Both the position numbers and the translations under genes were made by a program. The notes beneath the pieces are model-generated. The model saw nothing but the letters and a program-made list of their open reading frames with translations, did no database searches and had not been told where the DNA came from. DNA of 64,000 nt from Eledone cirrhosa. Taxonomy: Eukaryota. The stretch covers positions 12,152,001 through 12,216,000 of the forward strand of contig OZ024751.1 of the NCBI GenBank assembly GCA_964016885.1, read 5' to 3'. Within the stretch, counting starts at the first letter, position 1, and each line of letters opens with the position of its first letter. This document shows, piece after piece, positions 28,440-43,074 of this stretch.

Positions 28440-29776
28440 GTGGTTGGCGTGGTGGTGGTGGAGATGGTCGCGGTGTTGGTGGTGGTGGTTGTGTTGGCGG
28501 TGGTGGTGATGGCGGTGTTGGTGGTGATGGTTGGTTTTGAAGGTGTGGTGGTGGTGGTGATGTTGGTGGTGATGGTTGGTTTTGAAGTGTGGTGGTGGAG
28601 GTGGTTGTGGTGTTGATCGTGATTGTGGTGGAGGTGGTTGTGTTTGGTGGTGGTGGTGGCGGTGGTGGTATAGTTTAGTGTTTGTGTTGAAGGTGGTGGT
28701 GATGAAGATGATGCTCGTGATGGTGGAGATGGTGGTGTTGGTAAAGTTTGAAGGTGGTGGTGTTGTTGGTGGTGTTGTTGGTGGAAGTGGTGTTGGTGGA
28801 AGTGGTGTAGGTTGGTGCTGAAGGAGGTGGTTGTGTTGTTGATGAAGATGTTGGTGTTGTTGGTGATGACGATAATGGTTGTGATGATGATGATGATGAT
28901 GATGGTGATGATAAAGGTAGTGGTGTTGTTGGTGATGGTGATGGACATGATGGTGATGCTGATGCTGATAATGATGACGATGGTGGTAATGACGAGGGTG
29001 GTAATGATGAAGCTGGTGGTGGTGATGACGATTGTGGTGGTGTTGATGAAGGTGGTGGTGGTGGGGATGACGATGGTGGTGATGACTATGGTGGTGGTGG
29101 TGATGAGGATGGTGGTAATGTTGAAGGTGGTGGTGGCGATGGTGGTGTTGATGAAGGTGGTGGTGGTGGTGGTGGTGGTGGTGATGGCAATGGTGGTGAT
29201 GACGATGGTGGTGGTGGTGATGACGATGGTGGTAATGATGAAGGTGGTGGTGGCGTTGGTGGTGTTGATGAAGGTGGTGGTGGTGATGGTGGTGGAGATG
29301 ACGATGGTGGTGTTGGTGAAGGTGGTGGTGGTGATGGTGATGACGATGGTGGTGGTGGTGATGACGATGGTGGTGTTGATGAAGGTGGTGGTGGTGGTGG
29401 AGATGACGATGGTGGTGTTGATGAAGGTGGTGGTGGTGGTGGTGGTGTTGATGAAGGTGGTGCTGGTGGTGGTGGTGTTGATGAAGGTGGTGGTGGTGAT
29501 GGTGGTGGTAATGAAGAAGGTGGTGGTGGTGGTGGTGGTGTTGATGAAGGTGGTGGTGGTGGCGGTGGAGGAAATTTAGAAGTTGGTGGAGAAAGAAATT
29601 AGAATTGTCTCTGCTGTACAAATCGCATTTATTTATTTATTTTATTTATTTGTTTTCTTCTTTATTCTTCTAATACTTTGTTTTGGTTGTTGTTGTTTTA
29701 TTGTGCCGGAGATTTTAAGGGAATGGTTCTTTGTGTAGTAGTCGTAGTAGTAGTTGTGGTTGTGGTAGTGGTAGTT

Positions 29777-29831
<55 letters not shown>

Positions 29832-29962
29832 TAGTTGAGTTGATGATGGTGGTGGCGTTTCGTGGTTGTAGTGATAGTGGTAGTAGTAGTTTGTGATTGT
29901 GGTGGTGGTCTTGTTGTGGTAGTAGTAGTAGTGGTGGTGGTGGTGGTGAGGCTGTGGTTGTT

Positions 29963-30014
<52 letters not shown>

Positions 30015-30047
30015 AGTTGATGGTGGTGGTGGCTATTTCTGGTAGTG

Positions 30048-30096
<49 letters not shown>

Positions 30097-30355
30097 AGTT
30101 GATGGTGGTGGTGGCGTTTTGTGGTTGTGGTAGTAGTAGTAGCAGAGTTGATGGTGGTGATGGCGTTTTGTGGTTGTGGTAGTAGTAGTAGTAGAGTTGA
30201 TGGTGGTGGTGGTGTTTTGTGGTTGTTGTGGTAGTAGTAGGTGTGGTGGTGGTTGTGGTGTTGGTGGGGTTGCTGTGGTTGTAGTAGTAGAGTTGATGGT
30301 GGTGGTGGGGTTGTTGTGGTGGTGGTGGTTGGTGGTTGTTGATGTTGTTGTTGTT
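28440..30355. repeat. (GGT)/(GAT)/(AGT)n low-complexity tracts
   Basis: Direct inspection. Confidence 0.92.
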
Positions 30356-30423
30356 AATGTTAAGTTAGGTATAGAGCATTGGAGAGTAAAAGTAGCAGAA
30401 GGGATAAATATCTCGACTGCATA

Positions 30424-30470
<47 letters not shown>

Positions 30471-30640
30471 GTCTCTCTGTCTGTCTATCTGTCTCTCTGT
30501 CTGTCTGTCTCTCTGTCTGTATGTCTGTCTGTCTGTCTCTCTGTCTGTATGTATGTCTGTTTATCTGCTTGTCTGTCTGTCTGTGTCTCTGTCACACTGT
30601 TTGGCTGAATGGGAGGCTGGATGGGGAGAGAGGGAGAGAG

Positions 30641-30706
<66 letters not shown>

Positions 30707-30889
30707 TGAGTCTAGAAGGTGATATAGAGAATTTGAAAGAGAGTGACAGACACAGTGAGAGATAGAACGAGGGGCAGAGAGAGTATGAGAGAGAATACAG
30801 AAGAGAGAGTGAGTGGGAGATAGTGATAGAGAGACTGAGACAGAGAAGGAGAAGTGAAAGTGAGAGACAGAAAAAGTGAGAGAAAGAGA

Positions 30890-30959
<70 letters not shown>

Positions 30960-31128
30960 CAAATAAAGTGAGAGAGAACGAATAAGAGAGGGAGACTGAG
31001 AAAGTAAAAGAGAAGAACAGAGAAAGTGAGAGAGTGAGAGACAGAAAAAAATGAGTGAGAGACAGAAAAAAATGAGTGAGAGACAGACAGACAGAGTGAG
31101 AGAGAGAGAGAGAGAACGAGCGAGAGAC

Positions 31129-31172
<44 letters not shown>

Positions 31173-31329
31173 GGAGTCGCGTTGAAGAATTATTTAAAAC
31201 GAAGCAAAGAATATTAATAAGTCAAAATATATAAAACAAGTAAAGCGGTATGGACAATTAGCGTGTGCCAAGAAGAGAGAGAGATAGATAGATAGAGAGA
31301 GAGAGAGAGAATAGAGAGATAGATATAGA

Positions 31330-31371
<42 letters not shown>

Positions 31372-31390
31372 AATAGAGAGATATAGAGTT

Positions 31391-31424
<34 letters not shown>

Positions 31425-31614
31425 AGAAGATCGTGTGTAGGTGGAAAAGATAAAGATTCTGGGAGGGGATGGAGATGAAGTTGGATACGGGGCAAGGTAG
31501 TTAGCATTGGGTGGGAAGGGAGGGGATTGTGTCTTATGTAAGAGGGTGGGGGAAATGCGGAATAGCTGGATCGATGGATACATACATATACATACACTCA
31601 CAGACACACACATA

Positions 31615-32145
31615 TATATATATATGGTGTGTGCGTATTTATATATGTGTGTATATGTATGTATGCTTATATAAATACGTGTGTGTGTGTGTGTGTATGG
31701 ATACATATACACACACAAGAACATAAACTCACACACATATATACATATATATATGGGGTGTGCGTATTTATGTATGTGTATATGTATGTATGTTTATATA
31801 AATACGTGTGTGTGTGTGTGTGTGTGTGGATACATATACACACACAAGAACATAAACTCACACACATATATACATATATATATGGTGGGTGCGTATTTAT
31901 GTATGTGTATATGTATCTATTTTTATATAAATACGTGTGTGTGTGTGTGTATGGATACACATACACACACAAGAACATAAACTCACACACATATATACAT
32001 ATATATATGGTGGGTGCGTATTTATGTATGTGTATATGTATCTATTTTTATATAAATACGTGTGTGTGTGTGTGTATGGATACACATACACACACAAGAA
32101 CATAAACTCACACACATATACACATATATATATGGTGTGTGCGTG
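31615..32145. repeat. ~125-bp tandem repeat, 4 copies
   Basis: AAGAACATAAACTC at 31717, 31846, 31971 and 32096. Confidence 0.9.
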
Positions 32146-32285
32146 TATATGTAGGTATGTATGTATATATATATGTGCGTGTGTATGTATGTATGGATGG
32201 ATGTATAAATAAAAACACATATACAGAGAGTCTGGATGTATGTGGGCATATGTGTTTATGTATGTATGTATATATGTATGTATGC

Positions 32286-32333
<48 letters not shown>

Positions 32334-32352
32334 GAAAGGTATATGTGCGCGC

Positions 32353-32390
<38 letters not shown>

Positions 32391-33117
32391 ATTTATGTAC
32401 GTGTGTATGTATGTATTTATGAATATTTATGTGTGTGTATGAATATATGTATAAAAAAAAGTATGTATACATTGATAGATGGATAGATTCAAAGATGGAT
32501 GAATGGTTGTTCGAACGTATGGATTAATGGCTGACTGATTAGATACTAGGATAGCTGGTTGGTTAGAGGATGGTTTGAAGGGATGGTTAGATGCTTAGAT
32601 GGTTGCATGGATGCATGGATGATTGGATGGATATATGGATGGTTGGATGAGTGTATGGATGATTGAATAGATTTGTGGTTACATAGATGAACACGAATGT
32701 GGTGTGGTTGTAAAGATGGTTGTATCGACGGGTGGCGGTGGATTGTGAGATATGGCAATGGCTCGCCCGAATAAGGATATCAACGGCAGTAAAACTAATA
32801 GGGGATACACTGTGTAGAAGACGAAGAAGAGGAAGGAGGGGGTAGAAGGAAGAGAAGGTATAAATAGAGGCGGTGGGGAGGGATGATATTTAATTGAATG
32901 TGGAACACCGTTGGTTGATTAATTGAAAATTAAAGACTAGAATTTAAAGAAGAAAGACAATTGATTTACGCCTCTCTTGGTAATACACGTGTGCGCATGT
33001 GTACGTGCTTTGTAAGCATGTGCGTATTATAGAAACACACATAAATGCATACAAACACACTCAGTTGCACACATGTACTTGTACATACATGTATATATAA
33101 GTGTGTGCGTATATGTA

Positions 33118-33209
<92 letters not shown>

Positions 33210-33297
33210 TACGCATGTATATATACATATATATACATATGTATATATATATATATGTATATATATATATGTATATGTATATATATATGTATATGTA

Positions 33298-33336
<39 letters not shown>

Positions 33337-33418
33337 GTATATATGTATATATATATACATGTATGTATATGTGTATATATATATATATGTATATACATAT
33401 ACGTAAATGTATATATAT

Positions 33419-33532
<114 letters not shown>

Positions 33533-33695
33533 CATAAATATATATATATATATATACATATGTATATATACATATATGTATATATATATATATATATATA
33601 TACATATATGTATATGTATATACATATATGTATATGTATATACATATATGTATAAGTATATACATATATGTATATATATATACATACATATATAT

Positions 33696-33726
<31 letters not shown>

Positions 33727-33734
33727 TACATACA

Positions 33735-33764
<30 letters not shown>

Positions 33765-33766
<2 letters not shown>

Positions 33767-34073
33767 AATTTCTTTAAGTCGTTTGGAAGCCTCGACAATG
33801 CAGATGGGTAAATCACCGGGTAACAAGATCCGGTGGTGGAGAGAGAGATGTAAGGGACAATTAAATCTCTCCCAAGGTAACTCTTTCTCGTGTTGTTATT
33901 TTTATTTTTATCCTTTACGCCCTTTCCTTCATTCCTCTACACGTTACAGTCTTAAACACGCCACGCATCTCAACGTATACCCACTTACATCTCTCTCTCC
34001 ACCACCGGATCTTGTTACCCGGAGATTTACCCATCTGCATTGTCGAGGCTTCCAAACGACTTAAAGAAATTTA
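33765..34073. repeat. ~90-bp near-perfect inverted repeat (33765-33854 / 33984-34073) between (TA)n tracts
   Basis: One substitution and one GA indel between the arms; 129-nt spacer. Confidence 0.9.
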
Positions 34074-34116
34074 CCATATTATTCCACAATTCTTCAAGCA
34101 AACTTTAATACTCTCT

Positions 34117-34301
<185 letters not shown>

Positions 34302-34302
34302 G

Positions 34303-34549
<247 letters not shown>

Positions 34550-34552
34550 TAT

Positions 34553-34595
<43 letters not shown>

Positions 34596-34719
34596 TATAT
34601 ACATACATATATACATATATATATATACATATGCGCAAACTAGGCACACAACACACACAAAAACAAGATGGCGTAGGACAGAACAAAGGAGAGACACAAA
34701 ACAAAGAAAATAATCCCCG

Positions 34720-34762
34720 GTCACTGATGTGGTCACAGAATCTGTGACGAAAGAACTTTGAC
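34720..34762 (+). ncRNA. Degenerate HHR-like motif
   Basis: gtca-CTGATGT-g.gtcacag.aat.ctgtgac-GAAA-gaactt-tgac; helices I and II are good but A9 is altered. Confidence 0.45.
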
Positions 34763-35028
34763 AATATATAAACCACCGTCCGGTTGTGGAATCAACCAAC
34801 CAACCGAGAGTTATAAATTTCTTAAATTTATAATTTAATTTAACTTATAATTCCTTCTTATACTCCTCCCTGTCATCCTTTATTTTCTTTCTCCCTTTTC
34901 CTTACTTTTTCCTCCCCCCCCCCCTCCTTTTTTCCCAATCTCATATATCCATCTTACTTTAATTTTCAGATGTTGATTTTACACTTCACTGCTTCCAAGT
35001 GTTTTTTAAGCTTCATATCATGTCTCCC

Positions 35029-35099
35029 TATTTTATCTGATGAGAAAGCAAATATCATCCCATGATGATATTTGTTTTTGAAATGCGCATAATAAAATA
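35029..35099 (+). ncRNA. Minimal type I hammerhead ribozyme, best-formed copy
   Basis: tattttat-CTGATGA-gaaagcaaatatcatc.ccat.gatgatatttgttttt-GAAA-TGCGCA-TA-ataaaata: 8-bp helix I, 16-bp helix II, palindromic helix III; predicted cleavage after 35091. Confidence 0.88.
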
Positions 35100-35466
35100 C
35101 TTGGAAGTCTTTTAACCATCTTTTGATCTTATATTATATATATATGTTACCAGTCTATTGCCCGATATAGGTCTGTTATTTCTCTTAATTTACTACTTAA
35201 AATTAAGTCTGACAAGCCATATTGCTGTAGTTATTATTTTTTCACCCTAGCTAACCTAGTCCTTACGATTCGAACATATTAATTTTTAATATTAGTGTTC
35301 ATATCTCTTGTTTATTCAATTATATATGTATATATATATATATATATACATATATGTATATATATATGTATATATATATATACAAATATATATATATACA
35401 TATATGTATATATATGTATATATATATATACAAATATATATATACATATATGTATATATATATATG

Positions 35467-35537
<71 letters not shown>

Positions 35538-35651
35538 GTACATATATGTATATATATGTATATATATATATATATATATACATATATGTATATATATGAA
35601 TATATATATATACAAATATATATATACATATATGTATATATATATATATAC

Positions 35652-35734
<83 letters not shown>

Positions 35735-36389
35735 CATATATGTATATATATTGTTTTTTGGCTTAGGTGGTTAATGCCTTCTTGACCACTTTTTCAGTTT
35801 GTATGGCGTTTTAACATATGTTTAACTCTGGTTTTTTAACTATAGAGCGCTTGCCAGTATAACTCTGATTTTGCGTTTCGTTTCGCTTTTTCTACCCGCC
35901 GAAATGCGATTCTCGCTGAATTTATATTTGTATTAATCTCCCGAGTCTTACAATTAACCTGTTAATAATTCTATTGACAGATTAATTGCAAAAGTTTATT
36001 TTAAAAACTACTCGGTTGAGTGCTTATTTGATTTGTGCTATTTATGTAATTTTTTGCATGATTTACACATACTGAATTCATTTGCCAAAATCTGGGTTTT
36101 TTCCCCTTGTAAGTTACACATGTGCTTTTACAAAGCTCTATGTTATTCATAAAGTTGGCGCAGAACAAAATACATGTTGATAACGTGATATTCCTTGTTC
36201 GATCATTATACCAAAAGGTATAGTTTTAAGCAGACAGTATTATTGATTTAGGTGTCATAGAAACCCTGCATTTGGATTTTACCATCAATTCCAATGGCTC
36301 TTTCTACTATCTTAATATTTAGTTTAAATTTTAAATATTGAGATAGTAGAAAGACCAGGTACCTCCATAAAAACACATTCTCTCTCTCT

Positions 36390-36420
<31 letters not shown>

Positions 36421-36594
36421 CTCCAACCTTTTCACGTCTCCTTCTTTCTCTACTCCTCTCTCTAGCCCCTCTCTCTACCCTCTCTCTCTATATATATATT
36501 ACTCTCTTTATATGTCTCCTTTCGCTCACTCTCTCTTTCTTTATCTCACTTTCTCTAACATGCTGTATCTTAATATATATATATATAAATATAT

Positions 36595-36736
<142 letters not shown>

Positions 36737-37404
36737 ACACACACATACACAATAAACCTCTATTTTACTTTTTCCTTTCCTCTCACTCCCTCTCTCTCTT
36801 TATATACATATCTCTCTCTCAATCTCTCTCTCAGCCACTTTCGCTCACTTTCTCTCTCTCACCCCCCTCTCTCTCTTTCGCTCACCCCTCTGTCTCTCTT
36901 TCGCTCACTCCCTCTTTCTCCTTCGCTCACTCCATCTTTCTCCTTCGCTCACCCCCTCTCTGTCCATCTTTCTCTCAATCCCTCTCTGTTTCTCTTTCTC
37001 TCACACCCTCTCTTCCTCGCTTTCTCTCCCCTCTCTCCAACTCCTTGCCTCTCCTCCTCTCCCACCTCCCTCTCTCTCCTCCTCTCCCACCTCCCTCTCT
37101 CTCATAATTGATGTTTTCTCTCCAATCCAGTTCGTTTCTTAAGTGATATCTCAACCAGATAAATAGATTACTCCACGCTGTATCAAACACGCAATATAGG
37201 AATATGTTTCCGAAATCCTATATCATCCAGAAATACCTTCTATCATTGTTTTGTTGTTAAAATAGAGGAGATATTTCAATTGACTTTTTTCTATCTTTGT
37301 CAATGTTCCTTCTTGGCTTTTTTTACTGTTTGGTGGGGTTTTTTGGGGTGGATTTTTAGGGAACGGTTTTCAAAAACTATGTACTTTCAAATATAATAGT
37401 TTCA

Positions 37405-37892
37405 AGCATCATCATGTTTATAATAATCTTAATCGTCATCATCATCGATATCAGCAGCGTCGTCATTGTCATCGTCATCATTGTCATTGTCATCATTGTC
37501 ATCGTCATCATTGTCATCATAATCATTATCATCGTTGTAATCATCATCATCAGCAACAACATCCTTATCGTCATAATTCTTATGATTATCATCTTCAACA
37601 TAGTTATCATCATGGTTATCTTCCTCATTGTCATCATCGTCATCGTCATCGCCATGATCATCGTCATCGTCATCATCGCCATCATCGCTATCGTCATGAT
37701 CATCGTCGTCATCATCATCATCATCATCATCATCAGGATGGTGAACACAATCATTATCATCATCAATCACTTCAGCATCGTTATCAGCATCAACAGTATT
37801 AGAAACATATTCCTTCTTCATCATCGTCATCATCCTCATCATCATCATCATCAACATCATCATCCTTTATCATCATCATCAACATCGTCAAC
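37405..37892. repeat. (CAT)n degenerate tract
   Basis: Direct inspection. Confidence 0.9.
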
Positions 37893-38304
37893 GTGATTGC
37901 TGTATCTAGTCTCGTTCATTTACGAGACATCAAATGTGTCTTTCATCCATCTTAGTTTAATATAATATAGTACCAGTGAAATACTTGGGTAAATTATAAC
38001 TCCATCGAAGTATTGTCACCCAATGCATATTTTACCGATTATTATTCGTTGCCTGGTTTTGGTCGAAAAATTCAATCAGCTGTCTGGATAGTCCAATCAA
38101 TACCTGGGTGGAGTGGGATCGATATCGTCAATTGTAGGGACGCCTGCTCTAAATGACTGCTCATTTACTCATCAATGTAGAAAATCTTTCACAAATTACT
38201 CAATTATTGTTTTAAGAAAGGCCATTACATTATGAAGTTCAGAGGAACACTCTAGTTGAACAAATATGTTGAATGAGCAGTGTTACAACATCTAACATCG
38301 TAGT

Positions 38305-38655
38305 TACCATCATCATCCGGCGGTCTCAGCCGAAAAGGACTCAACAATTGATCGCCACGCGGGTCTGTCGTTCATTGCCGTTGCCAAGTCCTGGATTTCA
38401 ATACCAGAATCTCTGGAGATGACATCGGGGTAGGAGAGATTGCGCCTCCTGTTATTAGTGACTGCTTGTGGTTTCCAAAGCACTCATGGGGACACAGCTT
38501 CGTAGGTGGAACGATGGCAGTGGCCAGAAAATCTTACTCTCCTTTTACGTACAACGATAGATATGCATGGGAGGCCGGCATATATCTCTCTCAAAGGCAG
38601 ATCTCTCCAGCTTATGTTCTGAATGCGTTGAAGCAGGCGAGTGTAAGTGCCATCG
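38305..38655 (-). mobile_element. RTE-like LINE 3' end (decayed)
   Basis: Minus strand with frameshifts: DGTYTRLLQRIQNISW..RKRRVRFSGHCHRS..VLWKP..LSYPDVISRDSG..AMNDRPAWRSIV. Confidence 0.75.
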
Positions 38656-39699
38656 AAATTATATTACCAACAACAATAGTAATCTAGAACCAATTATATA
38701 ATAAACTCAATTCAATTGGTTAGAACGTTCATTTATAAGATTTCTGACATGTTAAAGTAAACATGAATATAACCATTGGAACCATTTTTTCATGGCTGTG
38801 ACAGAATCGGTAGAGTGTCAGACAAAATCCCTTTTTTGGTATATTTAGTTACGTCTTATACTGATTTCAAAGTTCTTATAATGATTTCAAAGGTCGATTT
38901 TCAAGGCAATTTTCCCCGATTGATAAAATAACCTTCATATAGTGAGGCCAATTAAAATGATTACATCTCCACTCAAAATATGTGCTTTGTATGATAGTAA
39001 AATTCTGATAATTTTAACATTAATATTCCAATAACGTGTTCTTTTATTGTTTAATTTTGTATGTGATAATGTTACCGTAGTACTGAGTACAATTACAGGT
39101 ACGAACATTTTGTTATATGGTAGATATAACCATTTTTCTGTGGTACATTTAACTTCCTGTGACTGTAGACTTAGTCAGTTGACACTTATCCTAATACTTT
39201 ACCCTGTTGAACAATACTACAAGGCACACTTTACTGGTAGCTTTTGGACAAGTTCTCCGTATTTAAAATAAGCTACGCCCCCATTTTTACCAACATCAGA
39301 GGCCTGAAATTATTTTCTTATATGGTAGATACAGCCATTTTTCGATGGTATACTTAATTTACTAAGGGAGCAGAGTTGAAGCCTATGCTATATCCTTTAC
39401 TTTGCTGAATAACACCACACGAACCACACTAATGCTAGCATTTGGACAAGGTCTCTGTATTGAGAGTAGCTTGTTCCCACATTTTCACCAGTCTCAGAGC
39501 GTGAAAAGTGTTATGGGCACTTTCCTATCATCTTTCAGTAAGCAGTTTTATAATTTCACTTTACCATATTAACATTTACATCGCAACGTTAGTATATGTG
39601 TACCTGTAATTCGCTACGGAATTAGACATGTGATGGCTTATTAATCAATCAATTTCATTCCCTCTTTAATGCTATACATTCGTATACACACACACATAT

Positions 39700-39737
<38 letters not shown>

Positions 39738-39801
39738 ATATATATATATGTATATATGTATATATATATATGTATATGTATATATGTATATATATATGTA
39801 C

Positions 39802-39897
<96 letters not shown>

Positions 39898-40149
39898 GTA
39901 TATATGTATATATGTATATATATATATATGTGTGCATATATGTATATATGTATATATATATGTATATATGTATATATATATGTATATATGTATATATGTA
40001 TATATATATATATATGTATATTTGTATATATAATATTAAGGATACTATTTATGGTTATGTATATAGTAAAACTTTTTATAGTTATGTATATTTTAACCCC
40101 TAAACAGTTAAGGTCAGTAATTTATTACTACCTTATTACCAGTAAGATA

Positions 40150-41235
40150 AATAGCTGAATGTAATAACATCAGTTGTTCTACAGAGCAGTTATATAGAGA
40201 GCGAGTTCCTACCTACAAAAACATTATTTAGCACAATATTATTTCGCACAATATGTCCATGAGGAAAAATAGTAATAAGAATAATAACCACACACACACT
40301 AGTAGGAAGGGTGGCAACAAACGTAACCCACACCAGAGAGGTCCCCAAAATACCATAAACGGAAGCATCTCACCAGACATAAAAAACAAAAATAGAACAA
40401 GAAATAATACATTTTTCAACCCCCCCCCTTTCAATCTTAACGTCTCTACCAACCTACCAAAGACTTTCTTCTCACTCCTGGATAAAAACTTCCCATCTGG
40501 CCACAAGTACCATACATAGTCTTATAAACAAAAACACCATTAAAATCTCCTACTCTACCACGCCTAACATAGCATACCACATAGCTAGTAGCAATAAAAT
40601 AAAAATTAATACTTACGTCCAACAAACTAAAACACGGCAGGGGGGAAACCTTCAAAACAACGTTATATCTGCAAACCATGCTATCAATAGTAATAATAGT
40701 AATAGCACTAGTGAAATCAATAACACTGGGAGCAACAACCCCCATAGCCATAATGCAAGACCTAGCAACCAGACTTTTACACAACATAATAACCGACAGG
40801 TTAACATCCAAAATAATTGTAACTGTAGATCTAATAGAACCTGCCCTTTAGATAAAAATTGCTTAATCAAGGACATTATATACTCATGCATCATCATAAC
40901 TAGCAACTCTTCTGAAAACTATATAGGATCTACTTCGAACTGCTTCAAAACCAGATACAATTCAAAACTCCATTCTTTAAAAAAACACAGTCTAGCCAAC
41001 GCCACTTCACTATCTAGCTACATACACTATCTAAAAACTAGAAATATATCTTATACACTTAAATGGGAAGTGAAAGGTAAGGCGGCATCGTACAAACCAC
41101 CTAATAAATTGTGTAACCTCTGTCTACTAGAGACCCATACTATAATCTTCTCAAACCATAACCTCCTTAATAAAAAATCGGAGTGTTTGCGTCGTGCCAG
41201 CACCGCTTCCGGCACTCTTTCCAAAAACTTTAAAC
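40150..41235 (+). pseudogene. Penelope-like element ORF C-terminus: linker, Cys cluster and GIY-YIG endonuclease (disrupted)
   Basis: RNNTFFNPPPFNLNVSTNLPKTFFSLLDKNFP..HKYH. From 40812: NNCNCRSNRTCPLDKNCLIKDIIYSC..ENYIGSTSNCFKTRYN..ATSLSSYI..LKWEV..CNLCLLE..LLNKKSE. The nuclease frame is missing from the ORF track because it has no start codon. Confidence 0.9.
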
Positions 41236-42731
41236 CCAATATATAACAATGTCAGACTTGAACCCATCACCACTTCTAACACCACACCTCAAGGGCACAC
41301 CTTACACCACAAGTCCACACGCTCTGATCCACCCTATCTCGACAAAAATCATTCCATCTATCTATAACTTTATACCCTAGAAATATCCCCATAAACACCT
41401 ACTTTTAGTATAATTACTTTCAATTACTTATAATTATATAGTGATACAATACAGTCTATATAAGCTTTAAATACCTGATTCGACAATGAATTATATATGC
41501 AATTGTATTTATATGTTCGAGTGATAACATTGGATATATATAAGATTAATTTATTAACATAAGAGATCTGTCTAACTTATATGTTGAATGCAATGAATTA
41601 TGTATGAATAGTATGCGAGTTATATATGCAAGTATAACTTGATGGATAGATTAATGACATTGTAAATGAGGGATGTATTTGTCTGCCTTAGAGATGTATT
41701 TGGCTTTGACATGCAAACATCCATACGCTGCTCCTGAACTTACCAGGGGTTATGTAGACATAATTCTAATAGGTCCCCTGACATTTTCTGGGAGTAGACT
41801 ACAATTGTAGTAAACTTTGATATAAAGATATGGCTCTTTGTATGGAGTATTCAGTTGTAGCACTGTATGATAGGGAGTAATCATCCTAATATAGATACCT
41901 TTAGTACATCATGATAGAGTAGACTGTATTTAAAATTGGAAACTGGATATAAATATATAACCGTCTATATAAGGGACTCAATTGAGGCGCCTTATAATGT
42001 ATGTTAGAACAATGAATTTAGTTATGGAAATCAGCTAGTTACCTCCACTTACGCATTAACTCCCCTTAATTACACACTTACTTCCGGATAATAAACCGCT
42101 GTAAATTCTCGCAGCAGAATCAACCTATTCTATAAATTTGGATTAAATAACACTGAGCCGCAATAAGGTAAAATAATCTAATTTAATGCATCAAACATCC
42201 AATACGGAATCATTGTTACTTATGTGATGGATGTAAAAACATATTATTACTTTTCCTGAATGTTAAAATGGTGGTGGATACGAAAACCATAACTTTCATT
42301 TGCTTCTTCTTTTTATTTTTATTTTTCTGACACATACTTTTTTATTATATACAAAAAATACCTTACCACTATAACCACCATAATACTCTTACTTACCCGC
42401 TTAAAGTACTTGTATTACATGTAACACCCTGCCACACAATAATCATATATAAATGGGACACACTTGCATGCCCCACGTGTAACTAACACTTACACTAACT
42501 ACTACATCTGACTAACAAACTATCCTCTTTCATTATCTGTGTTAACTGCCGAATGTATTTTAATTTTGTTTTAATTTTAATTTTAATTTTGAGTTTGATT
42601 TTGAATTTTAATTGCTTTTCAGAAATAATATAGTATAATATATGTCACTCCACTGTACAGCAATATATATATTTATCTGTATGTCTCTTGCGTTGGAAAG
42701 GAGGTCAATTACGTGTACCAAAATTGAAAAA

Positions 42732-42778
42732 TGCTCCTATGAATCCAAGCTTAGGTTTGGATGAAACAATTGTAAGTG
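42732..42778 (+). ncRNA. Minimal HHR motif with damaged 5' core, downstream of the Penelope ORF
   Basis: tgct-CCTATGA-atccaagc.ttag.gtttggat-GAAA-CAATTG-TA-agtg, followed by AATAAA and (TA)n. Confidence 0.6.
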
Positions 42779-42835
42779 AATAAATGCTTTGAACATAGCT
42801 TTGATTCTTGCGAATTCTATGTATGTAAATATATG

Positions 42836-42924
<89 letters not shown>

Positions 42925-43023
42925 ATGTATATATATATATATGTATGTATATATATATATATATATATATAAATGTATGTATGTATATATATATATATAT
43001 GTATGTATGTATGTATGTATATA

Positions 43024-43059
<36 letters not shown>

Positions 43060-43074
43060 TGTATGTATATATAT

